A DNA stretch of 64,000 bases. It comes from an uncultured delta proteobacterium. GTDB lineage: Bacteria > Myxococcota_A > Polyangia > Polyangiales > B10-G4. The number at the start of each line of letters is the position of its first letter. The stretch's first letter is position 1. The notes below the pieces were generated by a model that did not search any database, was not told the origin of the DNA, and saw nothing but the letters and a program-made list of their open reading frames with translations. The translations under genes and the position numbers were made by a program. The DNA lies in contig CAVSGI010000012.1 in assembly GCA_963727445.1 (NCBI GenBank), positions 128,001-192,000 on the forward strand. The letters are read 5' to 3'. Positions 10,020-19,066 of this stretch are shown piece by piece.

Positions 10020-11045
10020 TCAGTGGCTGCCGCCGAAGTCCTGGGTGCCGCGGGTGCTCGAGGCGTTCCCGGCCCAGCCGACGCCGATGACGTGATAGTC
10101 GGGGTTCATGATGTTCTCGCAGTGACCGTCGGTGCTGGCCATCCACGAGGCGACGGCCGACGCGGCGTCGGTGGCGTCCTCGATGATGTTTTCGCCGAGC
10201 GGCCCGGCACCCATCCAGCCGGCATCGGCCACGCGATCCTGCAAGACGCGGCCATCCTGGCTGATGTGCGAGAAGTATCCGTTCGTGAGCATGTCGTCGG
10301 AGTGCAGGCGCGCCGCGAGGCGAAGCGCCTCGTCCATCTCGAGGGGCGGCGCCGGGGGCTGCTCCCCGCTGACACAGGTGGCGCCGGCGGCGCGGTGCAT
10401 GTTGACCAGGTCGAGGATCTGCCACTCGATGTCCGCGAATTCCGTGGGCCACGAGTCGGGGCCGCGGCAGCTGGGCCCGAAGCAATCGGGATCGTCGCAG
10501 TCGGTGAGACCGTCGCCGTCCTCGTCGTTCCCGTCATCGCAGACCTTCTCGGTGCCGTGAATGCTCAGGCGAAAGGCGCCGACCGCGTCCACCGACGGGC
10601 CGTCGACGACGATGGTGATCGTCTCGCACGCGGCGAGGGCGATCTCGATCTCCGAATGGGTGGTGCCCTCGGCTGCGTCGTCGTTGCATGCGAAGTCCCG
10701 GCCGAAGCAGGTGTTGCGCAAGGACAGGAAGGTGTCGATGGTCGAGCCTTCGGTGCTGAAGAAGTAGGTGTCGGCGCTCGGCGCCGTCCAGCGGAAGCCG
10801 ATGTCTTCGATGGTGTCGCCGCCGAGCCCGCAGCTCGCACCGCCGAAGGTGTCTTCTCGTCCCGCGGTCGTGCCGCTGATGGCGAAGGGCAGCGTCGAGC
10901 CGATGTCCTGCGCGCACGGCGAAGGATCGAGCGCGGGGCACTCCGGAGGCGGCGGCGTGATGGTGGGCTCGTCCGCGCCGCAGGCCCCGAGGGCGAGCGA
11001 GAGCAACGCGGCGGCGAGGGGGGAGGACCGAGCCATCCGGCGCAT
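10020..11045 (-). CDS. CAP/SCP domain lipoprotein
   Basis: Lipobox LGAC; LVNMHRAAG, AARLHSDDM, GENI, WMAS.GHCENIM, TQDFG. Confidence 0.9.
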   Translation of the reverse strand: MRRMARSSPLAAALLSLALGACGADEPTITPPPPECPALDPSPCAQDIGSTLPFAISGTTAGREDTFGGASCGLGGDTIEDIGFRWTAPSADTYFFSTEGSTIDTFLSLRNTCFGRDFACNDDAAEGTTHSEIEIALAACETITIVVDGPSVDAVGAFRLSIHGTEKVCDDGNDEDGDGLTDCDDPDCFGPSCRGPDSWPTEFADIEWQILDLVNMHRAAGATCVSGEQPPAPPLEMDEALRLAARLHSDDMLTNGYFSHISQDGRVLQDRVADAGWMGAGPLGENIIEDATDAASAVASWMASTDGHCENIMNPDYHVIGVGWAGNASSTRGTQDFGGSH

Positions 11046-11081
11046 CGTGACCGCTGTCGAGGTGGGCTTCAAGGCGGTCGC

Positions 11082-12065
11082 TCAGGGAGCCCGTGAAGCG
11101 ACGCGGGAGTCCATGCTGCTCTGCCGCATGGCGGTGCGCTGGCGGCTGCGCATCCGGGCTCGCATCGCGTGCCTGCGCGTCCTGGCGCGGCGCCGCCGAC
11201 TCCGCCTGCGGGCACGGGGCGGGGTGTGTTCACGCCACTCGGTGAGGCGCTTTTCCACCTCTTCGTCGGTGGTGAAGACCCAGGGATGGAAAGGCGGGGC
11301 GTCGATGCACCGGGGGCGGTCGTCCATCGGACAATAGATCCGCACGTGAAAGTGACTGGTGTGCGAGGCGCTGCCGCTCCGACTCGCGCTCAGCTCCATG
11401 AAGCGCTCGAGGAGCGCTTCGTCGACGCCGGCGTGGCGTGCGTACCGGATGAGCATTCGCCGAACGAAGCCGTTGACCAGGATGAACTGCACGTCGATGC
11501 GCTCGTCCTCGATGATCGACGCGACCAGCCGCCAGTTCCGGCCGTGATCGAACTCGTAGTGGTGGCCGTGCTGGTCGCGCCCGTGTCCTGCGCGCGTCAG
11601 GTTGATGAATCGGTCGACCACCACGCGCTCGTGCGTCTCGGCATCCTTCAGATAGAAGCCGAGGTCGACGTCGCGGCCCGCGCGATGCGACGCGTGGGGA
11701 TGAGCGCGGCCTCCGTGGCGACGCGACAGATCGCCCACCGTGAGGCGCGAGCCCGGGAACTCCTCCGCCACCTGGTCTGCGGCGTGCTCGATCATCGCCA
11801 CCAGCTCGGCCGTACCCCAGCGGGTGTCCGTGCTGCCCTCCTTCACGAAGAGTGAATCCGTGTCTTCGAGCTCGGCGGCGTGCGCGACGCTGCCTGCGTT
11901 GGTGAGCCCGACCGAGACGCTACGCGTCGGGTCGCCACGGGAGGTGGGGAGCGCCGCGTGCGCTTCGCCGGCACCGGGCGCGTCCGAGGTCTCGTCCTGC
12001 GCTGCCGCGGACCCCGAGGCCGAGATCGCGAGAAGGACGAAAATGATCAGCGCAGCGCGAGACAT
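11082..12065 (-). CDS. mepA: Penicillin-insensitive murein endopeptidase (MepA/M74-like)
   Basis: Signal peptide; WGT, VGDLS..GG, HASHRAGRDVD, HxxHFHVRIYCP. Confidence 0.8.
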   Translation of the reverse strand: MSRAALIIFVLLAISASGSAAAQDETSDAPGAGEAHAALPTSRGDPTRSVSVGLTNAGSVAHAAELEDTDSLFVKEGSTDTRWGTAELVAMIEHAADQVAEEFPGSRLTVGDLSRRHGGRAHPHASHRAGRDVDLGFYLKDAETHERVVVDRFINLTRAGHGRDQHGHHYEFDHGRNWRLVASIIEDERIDVQFILVNGFVRRMLIRYARHAGVDEALLERFMELSASRSGSASHTSHFHVRIYCPMDDRPRCIDAPPFHPWVFTTDEEVEKRLTEWREHTPPRARRRSRRRRARTRRHAMRARMRSRQRTAMRQSSMDSRVASRAP

Positions 12066-12141
12066 CCGCTAGGCCGATCTTGATGGGCATCGGGCCTCGG
12101 TCGCAAGCCTCGAACGAATCGCGCAACGAATCGCGCAAGAT

Positions 12142-12594
12142 TCAGGACGGACAGCGCTGATCGACGCGATCCCGCGCCGTTTCGCAGCGCTCTCGTCCGT
12201 CGTCGCACTGGCTCCCGACGTCTTCGTGCTCGGGGTTTTCCTCCGCGATCCCACAGATCCGATCTGCGAGATCGCAGATCGCGTCGCGAAGCTCGAAGGC
12301 CCGGCCGCAGTTCGGGGACGCGAGCTGCATCGCGTCGTCGAGATCGGTGTTCAGCTGCGTCACCTCGTCCTCGTATCCGTCGACCGTGTCCTGCTCCTGC
12401 GGGCCGAGTGGGGCGGCGATCATCTCGCCTCCTTCGGCCCCGCCCGATTCCTCGGCGGTGTAGTCGCCACCCGAGGTGTCGTCGGTCGCCGCGCTCTCCC
12501 CGGCGGTGGATGGGGTTGCGGCCCCGCCGCAGCCCGACAGCGCGAGCAGCAGGCCGACGGTGGCACCGTGCCATGAGTGGCTTCGTTTCGTCAT
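12142..12594 (-). CDS. Helical Cys-containing lipoprotein
   Basis: Lipobox LSGC; C-terminal helical domain with 6 Cys. Confidence 0.6.
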   Translation of the reverse strand: MTKRSHSWHGATVGLLLALSGCGGAATPSTAGESAATDDTSGGDYTAEESGGAEGGEMIAAPLGPQEQDTVDGYEDEVTQLNTDLDDAMQLASPNCGRAFELRDAICDLADRICGIAEENPEHEDVGSQCDDGRERCETARDRVDQRCPS

Positions 12595-12607
12595 CGGTCG
12601 TCTCCCA

Positions 12608-13081
12608 TCACTCGTTCCCGAGCGCTTCGTCGAGAAGCTTGTCGTTGATCTCCAGCGCATCGAAATAATCTCCAGCGGCTTCTCTCGGTCGGTCCAGCGC
12701 CTCGCGTGCCTTGGCGCGTGCGACGAGGAGGTTCGCGGTGAAGACATCGTCCGCGCGCCCGAGATTCAATCCTTCGTCCGCGCGATCGGCGGCGGCCGCC
12801 GCGTCTCCCGCGGAGAGCTCCACCGTCGAGAGCCGATAGAGCAAATCCTGTCTCACCACGCGTACATCATCGGCCGCGACCGAATCCGGCGCGGGTCGGT
12901 CCACTGCCCGGCGAAGCACCCGGCGTGCCTCGTCCCAGTCTTCGCGGGTGATCGCCTGGTCGGCAGCGGCGTTCGCCGCGGCTGCGCCTTCGATCCACGT
13001 CCCGGCCTGATCGCCGCACCCCACGAGCGCGACAACCAGGAAGAACGCAGCGGCGAAGGCGCGCAGATTCACGAAAGGCAC
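12608..13081 (-). CDS. TPR-like lipoprotein
   Basis: Lipobox LVGC; TPR-like helices (EAAGDYFDALEIN). Confidence 0.6.
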   Translation of the reverse strand: MPFVNLRAFAAAFFLVVALVGCGDQAGTWIEGAAAANAAADQAITREDWDEARRVLRRAVDRPAPDSVAADDVRVVRQDLLYRLSTVELSAGDAAAAADRADEGLNLGRADDVFTANLLVARAKAREALDRPREAAGDYFDALEINDKLLDEALGNE

Positions 13082-13181
13082 TCCCAGCTCAGGCCCACTG
13101 CGCTCCCGGCCGCGCGCCGCGCCGCCATGGGGCGCTCTGCCCGAGCGTCCGCTCCGCAGTCCCGAGCTTTCTCCTGACCGC

Positions 13182-13685
13182 TCACCGTTCGTACCTCTGT
13201 GAAAGCGAGCTCAACATCACCTGGCGGTAGTCGCCCATCGCGCTGGCGAGGGCGCCGTCTGCGCCCTCGGTCTGGCTGGCGACCTGGGCCTGTGCGGTGA
13301 GCAGGGCGACGTCTGGTGGCGGCAGGCGGGTCGCCACCGGAGCCGGCCCCTGGCTCATCATCACCAGCGCGAAGGCGCTGGCGGCAGCCAGGGCACCGAC
13401 TGGGACCAGCCACCTGAGCCAGGAGAGCCAGAGCGAAGGGGCTTCCTCCTTCTCCGGCTGCTTCGCATTGTCGAAGACGTCGTCGAGGATGGCGTCCATG
13501 CGCGCCTCGCCGAGCTCGTCCTCACCCGCCGAGTACCGCAGCAGCGCCGCGGTTTCGAGCGCGTCCTCGGGCAGGTCGGTCCCCGAGCCGCGCTCGAGTG
13601 CCCGCATCAGCGCTTCGGCTTCGGCGAGCTCCTCCTCGCTCATCTCGTCTTCGGCGACGTCTTCTTTCATTTCGTCTTCGTCCAT
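13182..13685 (-). CDS. Putative membrane anti-sigma factor
   Basis: Directly downstream of the ECF sigma; acidic cytoplasmic N-terminus, one TM segment (WLVPVGALAAASAFALVMM). Confidence 0.55.
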   Translation of the reverse strand: MDEDEMKEDVAEDEMSEEELAEAEALMRALERGSGTDLPEDALETAALLRYSAGEDELGEARMDAILDDVFDNAKQPEKEEAPSLWLSWLRWLVPVGALAAASAFALVMMSQGPAPVATRLPPPDVALLTAQAQVASQTEGADGALASAMGDYRQVMLSSLSQRYER

Positions 13686-13692
13686 CGTCGTA

Positions 13693-14310
13693 TCAGGAGA
13701 TTTCCGGCGCGGCACCCACGCTTCGCTCCCACTCCTTTCGGAAGGCCCTCAAGGCCCGGAGGATGAGCACGTCGAAGGTCCCGAGCTTGACCTCGAGCTC
13801 GTCGGCGCACTCCTGCCTCGGTCTGTCTTCGAGGAAGCGTAGCTCGATCGCGCGACGGTATCTCGGGTTGAGGCGCTCCATCGTTTCCTTCACGGCTCGT
13901 CCCAGACGTTCGGTCTCGACATCGGAAAAGGCCTCCTCGTCCGGTCGCTCGGGGCCCTTGCGCAGCGGGTCGAGGAGCGACTTGAAGCTGACGAGCGCCC
14001 GCTGCGTACGTCCCTTGACCCGGTGCATGTCCGTCGCCTTGTTCACCGCGATCCTCGCCAGCCAGTACCACACGCTCTTGCCTTGGTCTTCGTATCGGTC
14101 GATGCGTTCGAGGAAGGTGCGGAAGGTCTCGGAGAGCGCGTCTTCGGCCGCCTGCCGATTGCCGAGGCGAGGCATGAGGACGCGGCGAAAGAGCTCGGGC
14201 GCGTAGCGACGGTAGAGCTCAGCGAACGCCTTCCGGTCCCCCTTGCGCGCCGCCGCGATCTGGCGGCGCTCCCAGGCGAGATTGTCCGGATCGTTCCAAG
14301 GGGATTCCAC
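13693..14310 (-). CDS. ECF RNA polymerase sigma factor
   Basis: AFAELYRRY, AEDALSETF, WLARIAVNKATD (region 2); LNPRYRRAIELRF (region 4). Confidence 0.9.
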   Translation of the reverse strand: MESPWNDPDNLAWERRQIAAARKGDRKAFAELYRRYAPELFRRVLMPRLGNRQAAEDALSETFRTFLERIDRYEDQGKSVWYWLARIAVNKATDMHRVKGRTQRALVSFKSLLDPLRKGPERPDEEAFSDVETERLGRAVKETMERLNPRYRRAIELRFLEDRPRQECADELEVKLGTFDVLILRALRAFRKEWERSVGAAPEIS

Positions 14311-14422
14311 GCGGGCGCGACCATCGCCACCTCTGGCCCGAGCGTCAACTGATTGCGGCTCCGGCCTGTTGGGTTGGAGTACATCGGAGGGCCCCTGGAC
14401 ATTCCCACTGCTTCGCGGGCGC

Positions 14423-15817
14423 CTACTGACGATAGGGCCCGAAGACGCCCGGCTCGTGCATGCCTTCGCCCCGCAGGTCGCTGATGACCAGGCGGGTGAG
14501 CATGTCGGCGAAGTACTCCACGGCGACGCGATCGGTGTCCGCCTCCTGATGGTGGTTGCCGATGCCGGAGTCGTCCGTGAGGTAGACGTAGGGGGTCGAG
14601 GTCACCGAGCCCATCGCCCGGAAGAGGTACTCGACCTTGCGGTCGGCGCCGCTCGCCGCCACCGGCAGGATACGGATGCCGCGCGCCGTCGCCTCGTTCA
14701 TCGCCGTGCGGTAGTCGTACTGGGTGTCGCCGTAGCGCTTGGGCGGCGCGTCCGCGATGAGGACCAGGACGCGGTCCGCGTTGCCGGTGGACCAGCTCAG
14801 GCGGTTCAGCGAGGCTTGCAGGCCGGAGTTCATGTCCTCCGGGTAGTCTCCGCCGCCGCTGGCGCTCACGGAGCGCATCGCGTGGGCAAAGCTCTGGACG
14901 TCCTCGGTGAAGGCGATCTGCTGCACCACGTTCTGGTCGGTGCGGTCGCGGTAGAAGGTCGCGGCGACACGGATGCGCGCCTCCGGCGCGGCCTGACGGA
15001 TGCGCGCGACGATGTCGTTGACCTCGGAGTTCACGTAGCGGAGCTCGTCTTCCATGGAGCCGGTGACATCGATGGCAAAGGCGAGGTCGAGGGCGGCGGG
15101 CATCACGGTGGTGGTGCCGTCGAGGCGGAGGAGGATCTCACCGCCGTCGCCCTGGGAAGGCACGTCGAAAGCGATGTGACGGCTCATCTGCCCCGCGGTG
15201 AGCTGGGCGCTGGCGCGGCCGGCGAAGCCGGGGAGGCTCACGCCCGGATGGAAGTCCCAGATGCCGTCGGCGTGGGTGCGGCCCGTGGCGGTGCGATTGC
15301 CCAGCGTGATGTCGATCTGCGCGTCGTTCACCGGACGGCCGTGACCGTCGACGACGCGGAAGCGAACGCGGCGGCTGGTGTCGAGGCCGAGCTCGGCCCC
15401 GAAGTGCGCCTGCCGGGAGAGGAAGTCGAGGTAGTTGTCGCGGCGATCGGCGTCACCAACCGACGCCGCGGTGAGGAGCGTCTGCTGCTGTCGATAGGGC
15501 TCGGGATCGCGCGCGACGGTCACCTCGGTGACTGTCTCCACCGTCACCGTGGTGGTGGAGGTGGTGGACACGGCGGATGCGCCAGGGGCGGGCGCCGCGG
15601 CTTCGGCGACGCTTTCACCGCCCTCGGCGTAGCCCGCGTAGTCGCCCCCGGTCGTGTCGTCGCTGGCGGTGCCATATCCCACGGTGGAGACCCCCCCGCC
15701 CCCGTACTCGGACGTAGCGACCTCTTCGGTCACGTGACTGCCCCCAGCGGCGTAGGAGGCTCCTCCCCCGCAAGCCGTGGTCAGACTCACCAGAATCGCA
15801 ATCATTTTCGTACGCAT
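14423..15817 (-). CDS. VWA-domain lipoprotein
   Basis: Lipobox TTAC; MIDAS motif DVTGSM, YRD, GGGDYPE, LIADAPP. Confidence 0.85.
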   Translation of the reverse strand: MRTKMIAILVSLTTACGGGASYAAGGSHVTEEVATSEYGGGGVSTVGYGTASDDTTGGDYAGYAEGGESVAEAAAPAPGASAVSTTSTTTVTVETVTEVTVARDPEPYRQQQTLLTAASVGDADRRDNYLDFLSRQAHFGAELGLDTSRRVRFRVVDGHGRPVNDAQIDITLGNRTATGRTHADGIWDFHPGVSLPGFAGRASAQLTAGQMSRHIAFDVPSQGDGGEILLRLDGTTTVMPAALDLAFAIDVTGSMEDELRYVNSEVNDIVARIRQAAPEARIRVAATFYRDRTDQNVVQQIAFTEDVQSFAHAMRSVSASGGGDYPEDMNSGLQASLNRLSWSTGNADRVLVLIADAPPKRYGDTQYDYRTAMNEATARGIRILPVAASGADRKVEYLFRAMGSVTSTPYVYLTDDSGIGNHHQEADTDRVAVEYFADMLTRLVISDLRGEGMHEPGVFGPYRQ

Positions 15818-15907
15818 CGCCGCAACCTCCGTCCGTTTGGGAGGTAACGCGGCGGGGGGCTGGCGCTTACACCCCCAGCAATGCGACACAGCCACCGGGA
15901 GGGAAAT

Positions 15908-16813
15908 GTGAGACGACACCTGACTCTGATGCTGAGCGCGCTCCTCTTGGGCGCCATTTTCGTGGGATGCGGCGACGACGATGAGGAGACGCCGGCGGAC
16001 CCGGCGCTCGAGGCCCCCGAGGCCCCCGCCGAGACCCCCAGCCAGCGCACCTTCACCATCGACCGCGACTCCACCAACCTCGACTTCATCATGATGGCGC
16101 CCCTCGAGAACATCCACGGGGTGGCCAACGACTCGATGGAGGGTGACCTCTACGTGAACCTCGCGGACGTCACGCAGAGCCGCGGTCTCGTGAAGATCGA
16201 CATCGACGGCCTCGAGATCTTTCAGCAGAAGCGCGAAGACGAAGGCGCGGCGTTCGGTGCAGAGGTGAAGAACGACACTCAGAACGAGCACACGCGCACC
16301 TGGTTCCAGATTTCAGAGGACGCCCCCGAGGACGTGCGCGAGGCGAATCGTTGGGCTCAGTTCAACGTGACGAGCGTCGACGACGTGTCGAACGCGAACG
16401 TTCTGGAGATGGACGGAAACGAGAGGACCGTCACCGCGACGCTCCACGGCGACTTCCACCTGCACGGCCACACCACGCAGAAGTCCGCCACCGTGCAGCT
16501 CACCTTCAACTTCGAAGGCGACGAGCCCCGGTCGATGCACGTGCAGACGACGTCTCCGATCTCCATCGGCCTCGCCGAGCACGACATCCGCCCGCGCTCG
16601 GCCTTCGGCACCCTGGCCCAGGCCACGCTCGGTTCTCTCGGTCAGAAGGTCGCCGAGGCCGCGCCAATCAACTTCGAGGTCATCGCCAACGCCGGCGAGC
16701 CACTCGAGACCATGCCACCCTGCGAGATCGCCACGTCCGAGGCGGCGACCGCTGCGTGCGGCCTCGGTGTCGACGAGCCACCCGGCGAGGGCGGGATCCC
16801 GCCGGCGGAGTGA
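15908..16813 (+). CDS. YceI-family lipoprotein
   Basis: Lipobox FVGC; APLENIHG, GDFHLHGHT beta-barrel pattern. Confidence 0.7.
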   Translation: MRRHLTLMLSALLLGAIFVGCGDDDEETPADPALEAPEAPAETPSQRTFTIDRDSTNLDFIMMAPLENIHGVANDSMEGDLYVNLADVTQSRGLVKIDIDGLEIFQQKREDEGAAFGAEVKNDTQNEHTRTWFQISEDAPEDVREANRWAQFNVTSVDDVSNANVLEMDGNERTVTATLHGDFHLHGHTTQKSATVQLTFNFEGDEPRSMHVQTTSPISIGLAEHDIRPRSAFGTLAQATLGSLGQKVAEAAPINFEVIANAGEPLETMPPCEIATSEAATAACGLGVDEPPGEGGIPPAE

Positions 16814-17021
16814 GAGCCGCGAGCCCCGGGTCGGGTCGTAGATCGTGCTGCCCGATTCGACGACGCCGCGGCGCTCGGCCTCTTGGCGCCGCGAGCCGTT
16901 GCCAACCCTCGCTGGGTGTGTGTGACCAGTCCAGTGGCCACTCGGCGTCGACGCGCTCGACCAGTAGCCACTGAGCTTTCGAACCATGCGGCGATCCTGC
17001 AGAGTTCCTGCATCGACGGCA

Positions 17022-17037
17022 TGGCATGCCGGATGCA
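17022..17037 (+). promoter_or_regulatory. Putative sigma54 promoter
   Basis: TGGCATGCCGGATGCA (GG-N10-GC), 12 nt upstream of ATG 17050. Confidence 0.55.
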
Positions 17038-17049
17038 GCGCCGGCCTCC

Positions 17050-17985
17050 ATGAACCATCTTCACACGTTTGTGTCCGTCTCGAGCATCTGTGCACTGGCC
17101 TTCATGGGGTGCACGGCTGCGACGGACGTCTCCTCCAACTCTGCCGAGCTCGAAGCCGCTGGCGGGCACGGCGCGCCGGAGCCTCCGATGCTCGGGGCGC
17201 ACTACGCTCGTGGCGGCCACGGCCCACCCGGCGGAGGCGGCACCAGCAGCCCCAACCTCGTCTACGGGGGCGGCAAGATCATGACGAACGCCGTGATCCA
17301 GCCGATCTTCTGGGGCACGAGTTGGTCGGATCCCGGCTACGTCGGCGACAAGATCTCCGGTCTCGAGACGCTGTACGACCTCTACGCCGACAGCACCTAC
17401 GCCAACACCAACACCGAGTACACAGACAGCACCGGCAACGTGACCGCCTCCAGCATCACGGTGGAGGCCTCCATCGTCGATGGCAGCCCCGCGCCGAGGC
17501 GTGCGCCCAAGACATCCGAAATCCTCGCCGAGGTGTGCGCGCAAATCGCGGACCCGACTCCCGATGGCTACTACCCGGTGTACACGGACACGCCCCGCGG
17601 CCACGCTCAGTACTGCGCGTGGCACAGCTGGGGGCAGTGCAACGGCGTAGACGTGCAGTTCGGCTTCTTCTTCGACCTCGCGAACGACCCCGGATGCGAT
17701 GTCGATGACACGGCGAACACGAGTCACAGCGTCGAGCTGAGCTCGCTCGCAAACGTCACGGGCCACGAGCTGTCCGAGATGCTGACCGATCCCCGCGGTG
17801 ATGGCTGGGTCGACTCTTCCGGTTCGGAGAACTCCGACAAGTGTGCTTGGGTCTTCGACGAGCGCGCGGTGATGTCGGACGGATCCACCTGGAAGATCCA
17901 GGGGAACTGGTCGAACGCGGCCTACGACGCGGGCACGGGCTATCCCAACGGCGACGGCGACAACGGCTGCCTGTACAACAACTGA
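17050..17985 (+). CDS. Phi-1/EXORDIUM-like lipoprotein
   Basis: Lipobox FMGC; LVYGGGKIM..IFWG, YCAWHS, GHELSEMLTDP...W...ENSDKCAW, IQGNWSN. Confidence 0.65.
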   Translation: MNHLHTFVSVSSICALAFMGCTAATDVSSNSAELEAAGGHGAPEPPMLGAHYARGGHGPPGGGGTSSPNLVYGGGKIMTNAVIQPIFWGTSWSDPGYVGDKISGLETLYDLYADSTYANTNTEYTDSTGNVTASSITVEASIVDGSPAPRRAPKTSEILAEVCAQIADPTPDGYYPVYTDTPRGHAQYCAWHSWGQCNGVDVQFGFFFDLANDPGCDVDDTANTSHSVELSSLANVTGHELSEMLTDPRGDGWVDSSGSENSDKCAWVFDERAVMSDGSTWKIQGNWSNAAYDAGTGYPNGDGDNGCLYNN

Positions 17986-18052
17986 TTGGGGCCGACGCGG
18001 GTTTGCACGAGCGTGGGGAATCACCGACCCGCGAAGAGCGTACAATGCTCTG

Positions 18053-18460
18053 ATGACGGATTTGCGCTCCTGGCTCGTGCCGACCCTCGCCGGGCCGTTC
18101 GCGACGATGTGGACCCTGACCATCCTGGCCCTGCTGCTCATCGGGCAGGGGGCGATCCGGATCTTCGGCTTCGACCTCGACACCTGGGCGATGGCGCTCT
18201 TCCTGTCGGGCGCGTTCGCCTCGGGGCTCTTCGTCTTCTTGGCCATCGCCGACGTGGTGCTACTTTCGACGAAGAGCCGCCGCCTTCCCACCGGCGGCGC
18301 CGCCTTCAAGTCCGCCGCCCTCGCCCCCTTCGCCTTCTGGGCCGTCTCCCTGTTGCCGGTTCCGGTGACCAGCCTCTTCGCCGCGGTCCTCTGGGCGGTC
18401 ACCGCCATGGCGCTCTCGGCCTTCGCCATCCGCTGGCTCCTGGGCAAGCCCGTCGACTGA
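18053..18460 (+). CDS. Integral membrane protein (4 TM)
   Basis: 135-aa ORF with four hydrophobic segments. Confidence 0.6.
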   Translation: MTDLRSWLVPTLAGPFATMWTLTILALLLIGQGAIRIFGFDLDTWAMALFLSGAFASGLFVFLAIADVVLLSTKSRRLPTGGAAFKSAALAPFAFWAVSLLPVPVTSLFAAVLWAVTAMALSAFAIRWLLGKPVD

Positions 18461-18470
18461 GCAGGCCTCT

Positions 18471-18821
18471 GTGTCTCTGTCGTTCCTCCGCGAAGACCTG
18501 GACTCGCTCGCCGCGTTCCTCGGCGCCGCCACGGCTCCGACGGAGAGCGAGTGGCACATCACGCACAACGTATTCCTGCCGACCGAAGCCGCGCGCGACG
18601 CCGTGGAGCGGGCGGTCGAGCCGCTCGGCCTCTTCGTGAGCTACCGCGATGAGATCGACGACGACGTTCGCCCGTTCTGGCTCGACCTGATGGAACGGGT
18701 TCCGCCGAGCGTGACGGACGTCGAGTCGTGCATTCAGCGGGTACTCGATACGCTCGCGAAGCATGACGGCGAATACAACTCGTTCACGATTATCGGGAGT
18801 CGCGGCGAGAGCTTTCCGTAG
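18471..18821 (+). CDS. RraB-like domain protein
   Basis: Acidic 116 aa; ITHNVFLP...W.L...DGEYNSF resembles the RraB fold pattern. Confidence 0.5.
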   Translation: MSLSFLREDLDSLAAFLGAATAPTESEWHITHNVFLPTEAARDAVERAVEPLGLFVSYRDEIDDDVRPFWLDLMERVPPSVTDVESCIQRVLDTLAKHDGEYNSFTIIGSRGESFP

Positions 18822-19066
18822 CGAGTCGTCGGCCGGCAGGTCCCGGTTCGCCCGCGTCAGATCGCGGTCATGCTGTCGCAGATCGCGAGGGCGCAGGTGA
18901 TGCCCTCCTCGTTCTCAGTTCTCGCGGACCGAGGCGATCGAGAGTGTCGCGCCCGGATCGAGCCGTACGATGGCCGGGCGGCAAATCATGGGTGGGATTC
19001 TATCGAGCCACGGCAGGTGAGCCCAGGCGGTGGCGGTCGCCGCCGTTATCGAGCGCCCACCCACCC

